Below are positions 22,172 through 32,220 of a stretch of 49,704 nucleotides of DNA, piece after piece. Numbering within the stretch: the stretch's first letter is position 1; each line of letters opens with the position of its first letter. Below the pieces are notes generated by a model, which was given only the letters and a program-made list of their open reading frames with translations, did no database searches and had not been told where the DNA came from. Source of the stretch: a virus (lineage: Duplodnaviria > Heunggongvirae > Uroviricota > Caudoviricetes); the IMG/VR virus record IMGVR_UViG_2703718837_000001. One strand, written 5' to 3'. Position numbers and translations under genes: made by a program.

Positions 22172-22960
22172 ATGCTGGAAAAAGACTACCAGTTATCCGC
22201 ATATAAAAAATTGGCCGCAGCCGGTGGGATGAAAACACCTGGTGCCATAACATCGGCACGAAACAGTGCTAACACGGCAAAACAGCTTGCAGAAGAATTG
22301 ATCGGATTAATTCTGGATACAATTGTCTATCCCGACACTATTACCAGCTATGTTTCAACGATCAGAACAACCACAACCGGCTTAACGAACATTGGAGAAC
22401 TGGCAACTAAGCACGCGGACCTGTTGGCTGGTTATGCAGATCTGTCAATGCTGCTTCAACTCGATATTGGTTGGGATGTTTACTGCCGTGCTAATGAGCG
22501 AGAAGTTTCAGAACTGCCGATCTCTATTGCCATTGGTGATGTGAATATTACTAAATCGCTTGAGGACGCTGTTAACGCGCTTAATACATCAAGTTTAGTC
22601 GCTGCTATGGGTGAGATTAACCAGACCCTTAACACTGGCTCAGGAAGCTCGTCAGGCTCTGGTTCAGGCGGCGGCACTGCCATTCCCCCACCAGCACTAA
22701 CAGAAGAGCAAATTGAATCTCTGAAAGTAGCAACTGAACAGTTTGGGGTTGTTTTCAACCAGACAACAGCGCCCACAACTGCGTTACAACAGCAGTATGA
22801 ACGAGCGAATGAAAGCGCCAACGTAGCCATAACTGCTTATAACCATGCTATCGGTACCGCGCTTGCGGAAGCATCAGCAAATAAGGCCAGCACAGCCAGC
22901 GCAGTTGCCGCTTTGGTTCCTTATTCTGTTCTTGATGAATTAAACAAAGCGGCACAGTAA
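22172..22960 (+). CDS. Hypothetical protein with Gly/Ser-rich linker
   Basis: ATG at 22172 preceded by AGGAG; 262 aa; central GSGSSSGSGSGGG linker. Confidence 0.55.
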   Translation: MLEKDYQLSAYKKLAAAGGMKTPGAITSARNSANTAKQLAEELIGLILDTIVYPDTITSYVSTIRTTTTGLTNIGELATKHADLLAGYADLSMLLQLDIGWDVYCRANEREVSELPISIAIGDVNITKSLEDAVNALNTSSLVAAMGEINQTLNTGSGSSSGSGSGGGTAIPPPALTEEQIESLKVATEQFGVVFNQTTAPTTALQQQYERANESANVAITAYNHAIGTALAEASANKASTASAVAALVPYSVLDELNKAAQ

Positions 22961-22999
22961 CAAAGGACTTCATTGATAATTTTTCTTCAGGAGGAAGAC

Positions 23000-23422
23000 A
23001 TGTCATTCTTTTCTACGTTAAAAACAGCTTTGTCTTTGAAGGAGAAACTTGCTGCTACTGGTGTTCTTGTTCTGATTTGCGCACTTGTTGGTGCTGGGTT
23101 TGCATGGGAACGTCATCAGCTAAAGCAAGCCATGGAGAAAATTGGCAGTCTTGATCAGGCTGTTAAGGAACGTGATAAGTCAATAATGGATCTTAACCAG
23201 GCCATTGAGACGATGAACAAAGCAGAGCAACATTTTCACAGCCAGGAAGTGAAAAATGAATCAGAACAAGCCAAGTATGCTGACAGGCAAATGGAACGAA
23301 AAGCTGAAGTTCAGAAACAACTGGTTGCGGCGGGTAATGTTCGCCAGCGTATTCCTGCTGACACTCAGCGGTTGCTCCGGGAGTCGATCAGCGAATTTAA
23401 CGCCGACGCCGACAAAGGTTAA
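23000..23422 (+). CDS. Rz-like i-spanin candidate (N-terminal TM helix plus coiled coil)
   Basis: ATG at 23000 preceded by AGGAGGAAG; TM segment LAATGVLVLICALVGAGFAW then charged helical region; a lipoprotein gene overlaps its 3' end in the +1 frame. Confidence 0.55.
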   Translation: MSFFSTLKTALSLKEKLAATGVLVLICALVGAGFAWERHQLKQAMEKIGSLDQAVKERDKSIMDLNQAIETMNKAEQHFHSQEVKNESEQAKYADRQMERKAEVQKQLVAAGNVRQRIPADTQRLLRESISEFNADADKG

Positions 23423-23588
23423 CCACCCTGCCCCCAAAAGTGCATTTATGTGCAGGATGCCAGAATTTAGCAGTGAATATTTTGATGATCTGCCAGCCTA
23501 TATCCTTGATACAGAAACGATGCTGATGGGGATTAACAGGAAGAATCGCAACGTTAATGATTACAACCGCGCTATCAGCGGTAACTAA
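23337..23588 (+). CDS. Rz1-like o-spanin candidate (small Pro-rich lipoprotein)
   Basis: MFASVFLLTLSGC lipobox; Pro-rich mature part with one further Cys; starts inside the i-spanin-like gene and extends beyond it. Confidence 0.5.
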   Translation: MFASVFLLTLSGCSGSRSANLTPTPTKVNHPAPKSAFMCRMPEFSSEYFDDLPAYILDTETMLMGINRKNRNVNDYNRAISGN

Positions 23589-23599
23589 AAGGGATTTTT

Positions 23600-23992
23600 A
23601 TGTCTGATAAAGTAACAGTAAAGCAAACTATCAACAAAGCGACTTCAATCTACAAAATTGAGCAAATCACTGTTGGCAAGCTAGGATCTGAACAATACCG
23701 TCATGCTTTCGAGCTTGCCGATCAGCTTGGTTTAAAACACCCGGATTGCATCGAGCATGTATTTCCTACCTATGCTGATGAGCAATGTACTCATGTTCTT
23801 ACCGAAGAGGATTTTTTCAGCACTGAAGAACGAGAAGGCGTTGATCGCTGCATTGGTGTGATTTGTTCTTCGGTAAGTGATGAGTTATTCCCTAATGTGC
23901 CTGAATATGGTGGTATTGGATACCAATTCCTGTACGAGGGCGATGAGCTTAAATGTTATGAACATGGTCTTCTTATCGAAAGCGTAGAATAA
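23600..23992 (+). CDS. Hypothetical protein
   Basis: 130-aa ORF with RBS-like GGGATTTTT upstream; no motif recognised. Confidence 0.5.
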   Translation: MSDKVTVKQTINKATSIYKIEQITVGKLGSEQYRHAFELADQLGLKHPDCIEHVFPTYADEQCTHVLTEEDFFSTEEREGVDRCIGVICSSVSDELFPNVPEYGGIGYQFLYEGDELKCYEHGLLIESVE

Positions 23993-24039
23993 TACGGTTT
24001 CTTTCCAACCGGCTATGTTGGCCGGTTTTTCACTTATCC

Positions 24040-24290
24040 ACATTATCCACTGGGTAGATCCAATAATTAGGTCCATACAGATCCCAATTAGATCCATATA
24101 GATCCCTGATCGTTGCAGGCCGCGCCACGTCTGGCTTAGAAGTGTATCGCGATGTGTGCTGGAGGGAAAACGATGTGTGCTGGAGGGATAAAAATGTGTG
24201 CTGACGGGTTGCTAATGTGTGCTGGCGGGATATAGGATGTGTGCTGACGGGAAAGCCTGGGTAGTTATCATCACTTATAAAAGCTATCCA
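24040..24290 (+). promoter_or_regulatory. Plasmid replication origin (P1 oriR type): DnaA boxes, five GATC sites, five iterons
   Basis: Tandem TTATCCACA/TTATCCACT at 24044-24061; GATC at 24067, 24090, 24101, 24111, 24118; five direct repeats of ATGTGTGCTGGAGGG-type iterons at 24151-24257; another TATCCACA at 24274-24282. Confidence 0.8.
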
Positions 24291-24310
24291 CATAATTCGG
24301 AAAAAGTAAT

Positions 24311-25171
24311 ATGAATCAATCTTTTATCTCCGATATTCTTTACGCAGACATTGAAAGTAAGGCAAAAGAACTAACAGTTAATTCAAACAACACTGTGCAG
24401 CCTGTAGCGTTGATGCGCTTGGGGGTATTCGTGCCGAAGCCATCAAAAAGCAAAGGAGAAAGTAAAGAGATTGATGCCACCAAAGCGTTTTCTCAGTTGG
24501 AGATAGCTAAAGCCGAAGGTTACGATGACATTAAAATCACCGGTCCTCGACTCGATATGGATACTGATTTCAAAACGTGGATCGGTGTCATCTACGCGTT
24601 CAGCAAATACGGCTTGTCTTCAAACACCATCCAGTTATCGTTTCAGGAGTTCGCTAAAGCCTGTGGTTTCCCCTCAAAACGTCTGGATGCGAAACTGCGT
24701 TTAACCATTCATGAATCACTTGGACGCTTGCGTAACAAGGGTATCGCTTTTAAGCGCGGAAAAGATGCTAAAGGCGGCTATCAGACTGGTCTGCTTAAGG
24801 TCGGGCGTTTTGATGCTGACCTTGATCTGATAGAGCTGGAGGCTGATTCGAAGCTGTGGGAGCTGTTCCAGCTTGATTATCGCGTTCTGTTGCAACACCA
24901 CGCCTTGCGTGCCCTTCCGAAGAAAGAAGCTGCACAAGCCATTTACACTTTCATCGAAAGCCTTCCGCAGAACCCGTTGCCGCTATCGTTCGCGCGAATC
25001 CGTGAGCGCCTGGCTTTGCAGTCAGCTGTTGGCGAGCAAAACCGTATCATTAAGAAAGCGATAGAACAGCTTAAAACAATCGGCTATCTCGACTGTTCAA
25101 TTGAGAAGAAAGGCCGGGAAAGTTTTGTAATCGTCCATTCTCGCAATCCAAAGCTGAAACTTCCCGAATAA
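24311..25171 (+). CDS. repA: Plasmid replication initiator RepA (P1 type)
   Basis: 286-aa ORF placed exactly between an iteron origin and a second iteron array, the diagnostic P1 oriR-repA-incA layout. Confidence 0.85.
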   Translation: MNQSFISDILYADIESKAKELTVNSNNTVQPVALMRLGVFVPKPSKSKGESKEIDATKAFSQLEIAKAEGYDDIKITGPRLDMDTDFKTWIGVIYAFSKYGLSSNTIQLSFQEFAKACGFPSKRLDAKLRLTIHESLGRLRNKGIAFKRGKDAKGGYQTGLLKVGRFDADLDLIELEADSKLWELFQLDYRVLLQHHALRALPKKEAAQAIYTFIESLPQNPLPLSFARIRERLALQSAVGEQNRIIKKAIEQLKTIGYLDCSIEKKGRESFVIVHSRNPKLKLPE

Positions 25172-25172
25172 G

Positions 25173-25456
25173 TGTGTGCTGGAGGGCAGCTGCATTCAAA
25201 AAATGTGTGCTGCCGGGAAGGCTTGTCCAATTTCCCGTTTTTGATGTGCGCTGGAGGGGGACGCCCCGCAGTTTGCTCAGACTTTCCCTCCAGCACACAT
25301 CTGTCCATCCGTTTTTCCCTCCAGTGCACATGTAATTCTCTGTCTTTCCCTCCAGCACACATATTTGATACCAGCGATCCCTCCACAGCACATAATTCAA
25401 TGCGACTTCCCTCTATCGCACATTCTGGTCCTGCATCATCCCTCCAGCACACATCT
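25173..25456 (+). repeat. incA-type iteron array (copy-number control locus)
   Basis: Nine copies of the same iteron core (three forward TGTGTGCTGGAGGG-like, six reverse CCCTCCAGCACACAT-like) immediately after the repA stop. Confidence 0.8.
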
Positions 25457-25570
25457 AATAGCCTCATCGCCATTTCTTTACGTGCAATAATTGACGCACG
25501 AATCAAAAAAAGTTGCACGTAGCAGAATCAAACGTACAATTCACTCATACGAAATGATAAGGAGATGATG

Positions 25571-26776
25571 ATGAAACGCGATTACGGCGGTGTTGGCACC
25601 ATAGCTCTTCGTGCAAGCGCATTACTTAAGGCCATGAGTCAGGATATTGAAGATCAGCGCAAAGAGTTCAATCAGACCGAGTATTATCAGACGTTCACTC
25701 GTAACGCTGTGGCAAAGTTGCCGAAGCTGAGCCGCCGCATTGTGGAGCAGGCCATCAAAGAGATGGAAGATGATGGGTACCAGTTCAACAAGAAACAGGT
25801 CGGTAACGTTGAACAGTACGCGCTGACCATCCAGAACGTCATTGATATCTATGCCCACCGTAAGATCCCCAAATATCGCGACATTCACAAATCGCCTTAC
25901 GTTATTTTTGTCGTAAACCTGAAGGGTGGCGTATCCAAAACGGTTTCCACAGTCACGTTGGCGCACGCTCTGCGTGTGCATCAGGATTTACTGCGTCACG
26001 ATCTGCGCATTCTGGTAATTGACCTTGACCCTCAGGCATCCAGCACAATGTTCCTCGACCATACTCACAGTATTGGTTCCATCCTGGAAACCGCCGCGCA
26101 GGCGATGCTGAACGACCTGGACGCGGAGACGCTACGCAAAGAGGTGATTCGTCCGACCATCGTTCCTGGCGTAGACGTGATTCCAGCCTCTATCGACGAT
26201 GGCTTTGTTGCCAGCCAATGGAAAGAGCTGGTTGAAGAGCATCTTCCCGGACAAAATCAGTACGAAATCCTTCGACGCAATATCATTGATCGTGTTGCGG
26301 ATGATTATGACTTTATCTTTATTGATACCGGTCCACACCTGGATCCGTTCCTGCTCAACGGTCTGGCGGCCAGCGATTTGCTGCTTACCCCTACCCCACC
26401 AGCCCAGGTTGACTTCCACTCAACACTGAAATATCTCACCCGTCTGCCAGAAATGCTGGAGCAACTGGAGGAGGAAGGCGTAGAACCGCGTTTGAGCGCC
26501 AGCATTGGTTTTATGTCGAAGATGACCGGCAAGCGCGATCACGAGACATCACACAGCCTTGCGCGTGAGGTTTACGCCAGCAACATTCTGGACTCTTCTC
26601 TGCCTCGTCTGGATGGCTTTGAGCGATGTGGCGAGTCTTTCGACACCGTAATCAGTGCCAACCCGCAATCGTATCCAGGCAGTGCAGAGGCGCTGAAGAA
26701 GGCACGAACCGAGGCCGAGCGTTTCACTAAGGCTGTGTTTGATCGAATTGAGTTTGTTAGGGGTGAGGCGGCATGA
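25571..26776 (+). CDS. parA: Partition ATPase ParA (type Ia, Walker-type)
   Basis: Deviant Walker A NLKGGVSKTVST, VIDLDPQ, C-terminal LPRLDGFERCGESFDTVISANP...KAVFDRIEF; start set to the third ATG (spacing to AAGGAG); track ORF starts at 25565. Confidence 0.9.
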   Translation: MKRDYGGVGTIALRASALLKAMSQDIEDQRKEFNQTEYYQTFTRNAVAKLPKLSRRIVEQAIKEMEDDGYQFNKKQVGNVEQYALTIQNVIDIYAHRKIPKYRDIHKSPYVIFVVNLKGGVSKTVSTVTLAHALRVHQDLLRHDLRILVIDLDPQASSTMFLDHTHSIGSILETAAQAMLNDLDAETLRKEVIRPTIVPGVDVIPASIDDGFVASQWKELVEEHLPGQNQYEILRRNIIDRVADDYDFIFIDTGPHLDPFLLNGLAASDLLLTPTPPAQVDFHSTLKYLTRLPEMLEQLEEEGVEPRLSASIGFMSKMTGKRDHETSHSLAREVYASNILDSSLPRLDGFERCGESFDTVISANPQSYPGSAEALKKARTEAERFTKAVFDRIEFVRGEAA

Positions 26777-27738
26777 AAAAAATAGTTTCCCGTGGACGAG
26801 TGCTGGGCAAGAATAGCTCCGAGTTTGCTCGCATGCTTGAAGGCAGTGAAGGCACCAAAACCTTTACCCTAAAATCTGGCCGCCAGGCTAAATTTTTGCT
26901 TACCGTTGTGCTGAGTGGTGAGATTGAGTCGCGCACGTTCGTTGACCCGGCAGTTAACGGCCGCGATCAGTCTCTGCTCACCCCTGAGTCGGTAAGCGAT
27001 ATTTCCCGCACCATTAAATTGCAACAGTTCTTCCCGGCTATCGGCCGTATGGTTGGGGAGCGCATTGAGGTATTGGACGGATCACGTCGCCGCGCTGCGT
27101 GTATCTTCAATGAAACGAAATTTGAGATTCTGGTGACGAAAGATGAGATCAGCCTGGCAGATGCCCGCCAGCTGGCCATTGATATCCAGACAGCCCGCGA
27201 ACACACCCTGCGCGAGCTGGGTAAACGCTTCGAGGTTATGTACGGCAAGAATATGACCAAAGAAGAGATCGCCCGAGCTGAGAACATCTCAAAGGCTAAA
27301 GTGACGCGAGCTTTCCAGGCTGCGGCGGTGCCGGATGAGATGATTGCTGTCTTCCCTGTTGCCAGCGATCTCGCCCTGCCTGATTACCAGTTGCTGCTCC
27401 AGATCTCCGAAGATGCTAACGCTAAAAACGTACCGATTGGAGAACTGGTTGATACGGTGCGCGAGCGAATTGCAGAGACTGAGGGCGCGAAAGAGGATAA
27501 AGCGAAGATACTGGCTATCTTCAAAGCGGAAAGCAAAAGCCTGAAACCTGCGCCGGTTAAATCTGTAGTGGTAGAGAAGCTGCGAGATTTCTCTGACCGA
27601 CGCCAGTACGCACGAAAGAAGACCGATCCGAAAAAACGGGTAGTCGCCTACGAGTTCTCCAGACTCCCATCTGAAGTGCAAACTGAAATTGACGAAGCAA
27701 TAAAAAAAATCATTGAGAAAATGTCCGCAGGAAAATAA
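26773..27738 (+). CDS. parB: Partition protein ParB (centromere-binding)
   Basis: 321 aa, overlapping the parA stop; ...ILDGSRRRAA... ParB-box motif; HTH region ...KAKVTRAFQAA.... Confidence 0.85.
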   Translation: MKKIVSRGRVLGKNSSEFARMLEGSEGTKTFTLKSGRQAKFLLTVVLSGEIESRTFVDPAVNGRDQSLLTPESVSDISRTIKLQQFFPAIGRMVGERIEVLDGSRRRAACIFNETKFEILVTKDEISLADARQLAIDIQTAREHTLRELGKRFEVMYGKNMTKEEIARAENISKAKVTRAFQAAAVPDEMIAVFPVASDLALPDYQLLLQISEDANAKNVPIGELVDTVRERIAETEGAKEDKAKILAIFKAESKSLKPAPVKSVVVEKLRDFSDRRQYARKKTDPKKRVVAYEFSRLPSEVQTEIDEAIKKIIEKMSAGK

Positions 27739-27792
27739 ACCTGCTGGTGGGAGGTGGCGTTAGCCCCTCCCCTGCCTAAAATGTCCCGCACC

Positions 27793-27860
27793 GATTTCAT
27801 TATTAACATTATGATTTATATATGTTTTTTAGAAAAATTTCAGACTGAAATTCCCACGGT
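27793..27860 (+). promoter_or_regulatory. parS-like centromere candidate
   Basis: ATTTCAT and ATTTCAG heptamers flanking an AT-rich IHF-like core, then inverted TGAAAT and TCCCAC hexamer; resembles P1 parS box A/box B organisation (recalled from literature). Confidence 0.45.
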
Positions 27861-28003
27861 TTAACGCCTGTATTACTCGTCCCCACTCCCCGCACAAAAA
27901 AATTAAAAAATTACTTTTCGCGAGAAAGTCAACAAGTGACTTTCAATAAAATCTCTTCCGAAAAGGGATTCACACAAGTGCCTTGTGTTTAAGGAAGAGT
28001 AAC

Positions 28004-29710
28004 TTGAGTAACTTACGCGAATACCAGAATCGTATTGCAGATATCGCAAAACGCTCTAAAGCTGTGCTTGGCTGGGCAAGTACAGCACAGTTCGGTACTG
28101 ATAACCAATTCATCAAAGATGATGCCGCGCGTGCCGCATCTATCCTTGAAGCTGCACGCAAAGACCCGATTTTTGCAGGTATCTCTGATAATGCCACTGC
28201 TCAAATCGCTACAGCGTGGGCAAGTGCACTGGCTGACTACGCCGCAGCACATAAATCTATGCCGCGTCCGGAAATTCTGGCCTCCTGCCACCAGACGCTG
28301 GAAAACTGCCTGATTGAGTCCACCCGCAATAGCATGGATGCCACTAATAAAGCGATGCTGGAATCCGTCGCAGCAGAGATGATGAGCGTTTCTGACGGTG
28401 TTATGCGTCTGCCTTTATTCCTCGCGATGATCCTGCCTGTTCAGTTGGGGGCAGCTACCGCTGATGCGTGTACCTTCATTCCGGTTACGCGTGACCAGTC
28501 CGACATCTATGAAGTCTTTAACGTGGCAGGTTCCTCTTTTGGTTCTTATGCTGCTGGTGATGTTCTGGACATGCAATCCGTTGGTGTGTACAGCCAGTTA
28601 CGTCGCCGCTATGTGCTGGTGGCAAGCTCCGATGGCACTAGCAAAACCGCAACCTTCAAGATGGAAGACTTCGAAGGCCAGAATGTACCAATCCGAAAAG
28701 GTCGCACTAACATCTACGTTAACCGTATTAAGTCTGTTGTTGATAACGGTTCCGGCAGCCTACTTCACTCGTTTACTAATGCAGCTGGTGAGCAAATCAC
28801 TGTTACCTGCTCTCTGAACTACAACATTGGTCAGATTGCCCTGTCGTTCTCCAAAGCGCCGGATAAAGGCACTGAGATCGCAATTGAGACGGAAATCAAT
28901 ATTGAAGCCGCTCCTGAGCTGATCCCGCTGATCAACCACGAAATGAAGAAATACACCCTGTTCCCAAGCCAGTTCGTTATCGCGGCTGAGCACACGGTAC
29001 AGGCGGCGTATGAAGCACAGCGTGAATTTGGTCTGGACCTGGGTTCCCTACAGTTCCGCACCCTGAAGGAATACCTGTCTCATGAACAGGATATGCTGCG
29101 TCTTCGTATCATGATCTGGCGTACTCTTGCGACCGACACCTTTGACATCGCTCTGCCGGTTAACCAGTCCTTTGATGTATGGGCAACCATCATTCGTGGC
29201 AAATTCCAGACTGTATATCGCGACATTATTGAGCGCGTTAAATCTTCTGGTGCGATGGGGATGTTTGCTGGTGCTGATGCAGCATCTTTCTTCAAACAGT
29301 TGCCGAAGGATTTCTTCCAGCCAGCCGAAGACTATATCCAGACTCCGTATGTTCACTACATCGGTACCCTGTTCGGTAACGTGAAAGTGTACGAAGTACC
29401 TGCTGGTATTTGTAAGAACTTAACGACAGAGAACATTCAGTTCAGCTCGATGGATGTGCTGTGCTACGTCCGTGATGAAAATCCGGGTAAAGCAGGCTTC
29501 GTGACTGGTGATGCTGTCCCGGCCATCCCGTTCCAGCATCCGACCACTCCGGCGCTGGTCAACCGTACCACGCTGTGGGGTTCGGCTATCAACGATATGC
29601 ACCCACGCAACGGCGCTGATTACTTCACTCGTGTAACGCTGACAATGGCCAAAAAAGGCGGGCTTAACTTCATAAGCGGCGACACGATTGATGCCGGTGA
29701 CTCTGAGTAA
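28004..29710 (+). CDS. Putative major head protein (P1 gp23-like), about 62 kDa
   Basis: Long ORF directly after parS and before the sheath gene; probable TTG start at 28004 after AAGGAAG (track ORF starts at 27983). Product inferred from size and synteny only. Confidence 0.45.
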   Translation: MSNLREYQNRIADIAKRSKAVLGWASTAQFGTDNQFIKDDAARAASILEAARKDPIFAGISDNATAQIATAWASALADYAAAHKSMPRPEILASCHQTLENCLIESTRNSMDATNKAMLESVAAEMMSVSDGVMRLPLFLAMILPVQLGAATADACTFIPVTRDQSDIYEVFNVAGSSFGSYAAGDVLDMQSVGVYSQLRRRYVLVASSDGTSKTATFKMEDFEGQNVPIRKGRTNIYVNRIKSVVDNGSGSLLHSFTNAAGEQITVTCSLNYNIGQIALSFSKAPDKGTEIAIETEINIEAAPELIPLINHEMKKYTLFPSQFVIAAEHTVQAAYEAQREFGLDLGSLQFRTLKEYLSHEQDMLRLRIMIWRTLATDTFDIALPVNQSFDVWATIIRGKFQTVYRDIIERVKSSGAMGMFAGADAASFFKQLPKDFFQPAEDYIQTPYVHYIGTLFGNVKVYEVPAGICKNLTTENIQFSSMDVLCYVRDENPGKAGFVTGDAVPAIPFQHPTTPALVNRTTLWGSAINDMHPRNGADYFTRVTLTMAKKGGLNFISGDTIDAGDSE

Positions 29711-29770
29711 TCAGGGGAAGTTCTCCGTTTAACATAGCGCCCCCGTGCGGGGCGCATAACAGGGAAAGTT

Positions 29771-31360
29771 ATGTCTCAATATTCAATTCAACAGTCATTA
29801 GGTAATGCATCCGGCGTCGCGGTTAGCCCGATCAATGCCGATGCGACGTTATCTACCGGTGTTGCATTAAATAGCAGCTTGTGGGCTGGTATTGGCGTAT
29901 TTGCGCGTGGCAAGCCGTTTACTGTTCTTGCGGTTACTGAGTCCAATTACGAAGATGTTCTCGGCGAACCGCTGAAGCCGTCTTCCGGCTCACAGTTCGA
30001 ACCAATTCGCCATGTATACGAAGCTATTCAGCAAACGTCTGGTTATGTTGTCCGTGCTGTTCCGGATGATGCGAAGTTCCCGATTATTATGTTCGATGAA
30101 TCAGGCGAACCGGCTTACAGTGCGTTGCCATACGGTTCTGAAATTGAACTTGATAGTGGCGAAGCCTTTGCTATCTACGTTGATGATGGTGATCCGTGTA
30201 TTTCACCTACCCGTGAGTTAACCATCGAAACGGCAACAGCGGACAGCGCGGGTAATGAACGCTTCCTCTTAAAACTGACCCAGACGACTTCGCTCGGCGT
30301 GGTAACGACCCTGGAGACACACACTGTGTCTTTGGCGGAAGAAGCGAAAGATGACATGGGCCGCTTGTGTTATCTGCCTACGGCTCTGGAAGCCCGTTCT
30401 AAATATCTGCGCGCGGTTGTTAATGAAGAGCTGATTTCGACGGCGAAAGTAACAAATAAAAAATCGCTGGCGTTCACTGGCGGTACCAACGGCGATCAGT
30501 CGAACATTTCCACTGCTGCTTACCTGCGTGCGGTGAAAGTGCTGAACAATGCGCCGTACATGTACACCGCTGTTCTCGGCCTGGGTTGCTATGACAATGC
30601 GGCGATCACTGCGTTAGGTAATATCTGTTCTGATCGCCTGATTGATGGCTTCTTTGATGTCAAACCGACATTGACGTACACGGAAGCGATCTCTGCTGTT
30701 GAAGATACCGGTTTACTTGGTACCGATTATGTAAGCTGTGCTGTCTATCATTTCCCGTTCTCCTGCAAAGACAAATGGACCCAATCCCGCGTGGTCTTCG
30801 GTCTGTCTGGCGCGGCGTATGCGGCGAAAGCTCGTGGCGTCAAGAAAAACTCCGATGTCGGCGGTTGGCATTACTCACCGGCTGGTGAAGAACGTGCCGT
30901 CATTGCTCGTGCATCACTTCAGCCGCTGTATCCTGAAGACACCCCGGACGAAGAAGCTATGGTCAAGGGCCGACTCAATAAAGTATCTGTAGGTACTTCG
31001 GGCCAGATGATCATCGATGATGCTTTAACTTGCTGCACGCAGGACAACTATCTGCATTTCCAGCACGTCCCATCCCTGATGAACGCAATCAGCCGTTTCT
31101 TTGTCCAGTTAGCCCGACAGATGAAGCATAACCCGGACGGCATTACTGAGTATGGCCTGACTAAAGGGATGACCAAACTTTTGGATCGCTTTGTCGCCTC
31201 CGGCGCTCTGGTGGCTCCTCGTGATCCTGATGCTGACGGTACAGAACCGTATGTGCTGAAAGTTACGCAGGCGGAATTCGATAAATGGGAAGTAGTCTGG
31301 GCCTGCTGCCCGACTGGCGTAGCCCGTCGTATCCAGGGCGTACCGCTGCTTATTAAGTAA
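29771..31360 (+). CDS. Contractile tail sheath protein
   Basis: 529 aa; C-terminal region (...LTKGMTKLLDRFVASGALVAPRD...KWEVVWACCPTGVARRIQGVPLLIK) typical of myovirus sheath proteins. Confidence 0.75.
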   Translation: MSQYSIQQSLGNASGVAVSPINADATLSTGVALNSSLWAGIGVFARGKPFTVLAVTESNYEDVLGEPLKPSSGSQFEPIRHVYEAIQQTSGYVVRAVPDDAKFPIIMFDESGEPAYSALPYGSEIELDSGEAFAIYVDDGDPCISPTRELTIETATADSAGNERFLLKLTQTTSLGVVTTLETHTVSLAEEAKDDMGRLCYLPTALEARSKYLRAVVNEELISTAKVTNKKSLAFTGGTNGDQSNISTAAYLRAVKVLNNAPYMYTAVLGLGCYDNAAITALGNICSDRLIDGFFDVKPTLTYTEAISAVEDTGLLGTDYVSCAVYHFPFSCKDKWTQSRVVFGLSGAAYAAKARGVKKNSDVGGWHYSPAGEERAVIARASLQPLYPEDTPDEEAMVKGRLNKVSVGTSGQMIIDDALTCCTQDNYLHFQHVPSLMNAISRFFVQLARQMKHNPDGITEYGLTKGMTKLLDRFVASGALVAPRDPDADGTEPYVLKVTQAEFDKWEVVWACCPTGVARRIQGVPLLIK

Positions 31361-31369
31361 GGGAATACA

Positions 31370-32185
31370 ATGAGCAAAAACTTTTTTCAATCCGGGGCAT
31401 TTTTGGGGAATGGACTGTCCCGTTTCGCTTTGAACTCTGATCCTGTGCAGCTGATGGAGTCTGCCCGAGCAAGCGCCGAACCGCCAACAGATCCGGTTAT
31501 TAATAATAATCCGGAACCGGCGGCACAGACTAACGATAACGTTCCATCTGACCCGGCTCCTGAGCAAATCCTGGAAGGGAAAGACGGTAAAGAATGGACC
31601 GTCGAACAGGCGCACCAGATGATTCTGGAAGCCGCAAATCGAAGTGCTATGCAGAATGCGTTGAGTGATGCGGCCGACGCCGTTTTCGCCTGGGCTGATA
31701 GCGGTGATCTGACTTTCGACTCCCTTGATGGTTTCGTTCAGGCTATCGCTGGTATCTCTGATGACGACGACTCCGAAGTTACAGAAGAACAGGACGATGC
31801 CTATAACGAAGCATGGGCAAATGTTGCTGACTTCCTCGCAGTATGCGGTGTAGATGATGACCTGATCGAAGCACTGGCTGACGATGAAGACGACGACGCA
31901 GCTGCTGATGTTGGTGCCTCTATCGCTGGTTTAGATAGCGACGACCGCGACGAACTGGAAGCGGCGTTTGTTGTTGCTGGCACTTCTGATGAAATGCTGA
32001 CTGAAGCATTTAAGAAGGTTGTTCGTAACGGTGAGATCAAACTCATCCGTAAACGCCTGCGTAAAAAACGTCTGACTGCGGCTCAAAAATCGGCGCTGAA
32101 AAAAGCGCGTCGAAAAGCCCAGACCGGCGCGGCAAAACTTGCCCGCAAAAAGTCAATGAAACTGCGCCGTAAGCGCCTTGGCTAA
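31370..32185 (+). CDS. Acidic protein with Lys/Arg-rich C-terminal tail (hypothetical structural protein)
   Basis: 271 aa; Asp/Glu-rich core, C-terminus KRLRKKRLTAAQKSALKKARRKAQ.... Confidence 0.55.
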   Translation: MSKNFFQSGAFLGNGLSRFALNSDPVQLMESARASAEPPTDPVINNNPEPAAQTNDNVPSDPAPEQILEGKDGKEWTVEQAHQMILEAANRSAMQNALSDAADAVFAWADSGDLTFDSLDGFVQAIAGISDDDDSEVTEEQDDAYNEAWANVADFLAVCGVDDDLIEALADDEDDDAAADVGASIAGLDSDDRDELEAAFVVAGTSDEMLTEAFKKVVRNGEIKLIRKRLRKKRLTAAQKSALKKARRKAQTGAAKLARKKSMKLRRKRLG

Positions 32186-32220
32186 AGGAGGAGGCCGGAG
32201 AACTCCGGCCTTTAACTTGA

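Noticed and set aside
24151-25456. Possible CRISPR array suggested by short direct repeats
   Set aside because: Repeats are about 19-22 bp at irregular spacing, in both orientations, with no unique spacers and no cas genes; they flank repA as origin and control iterons.
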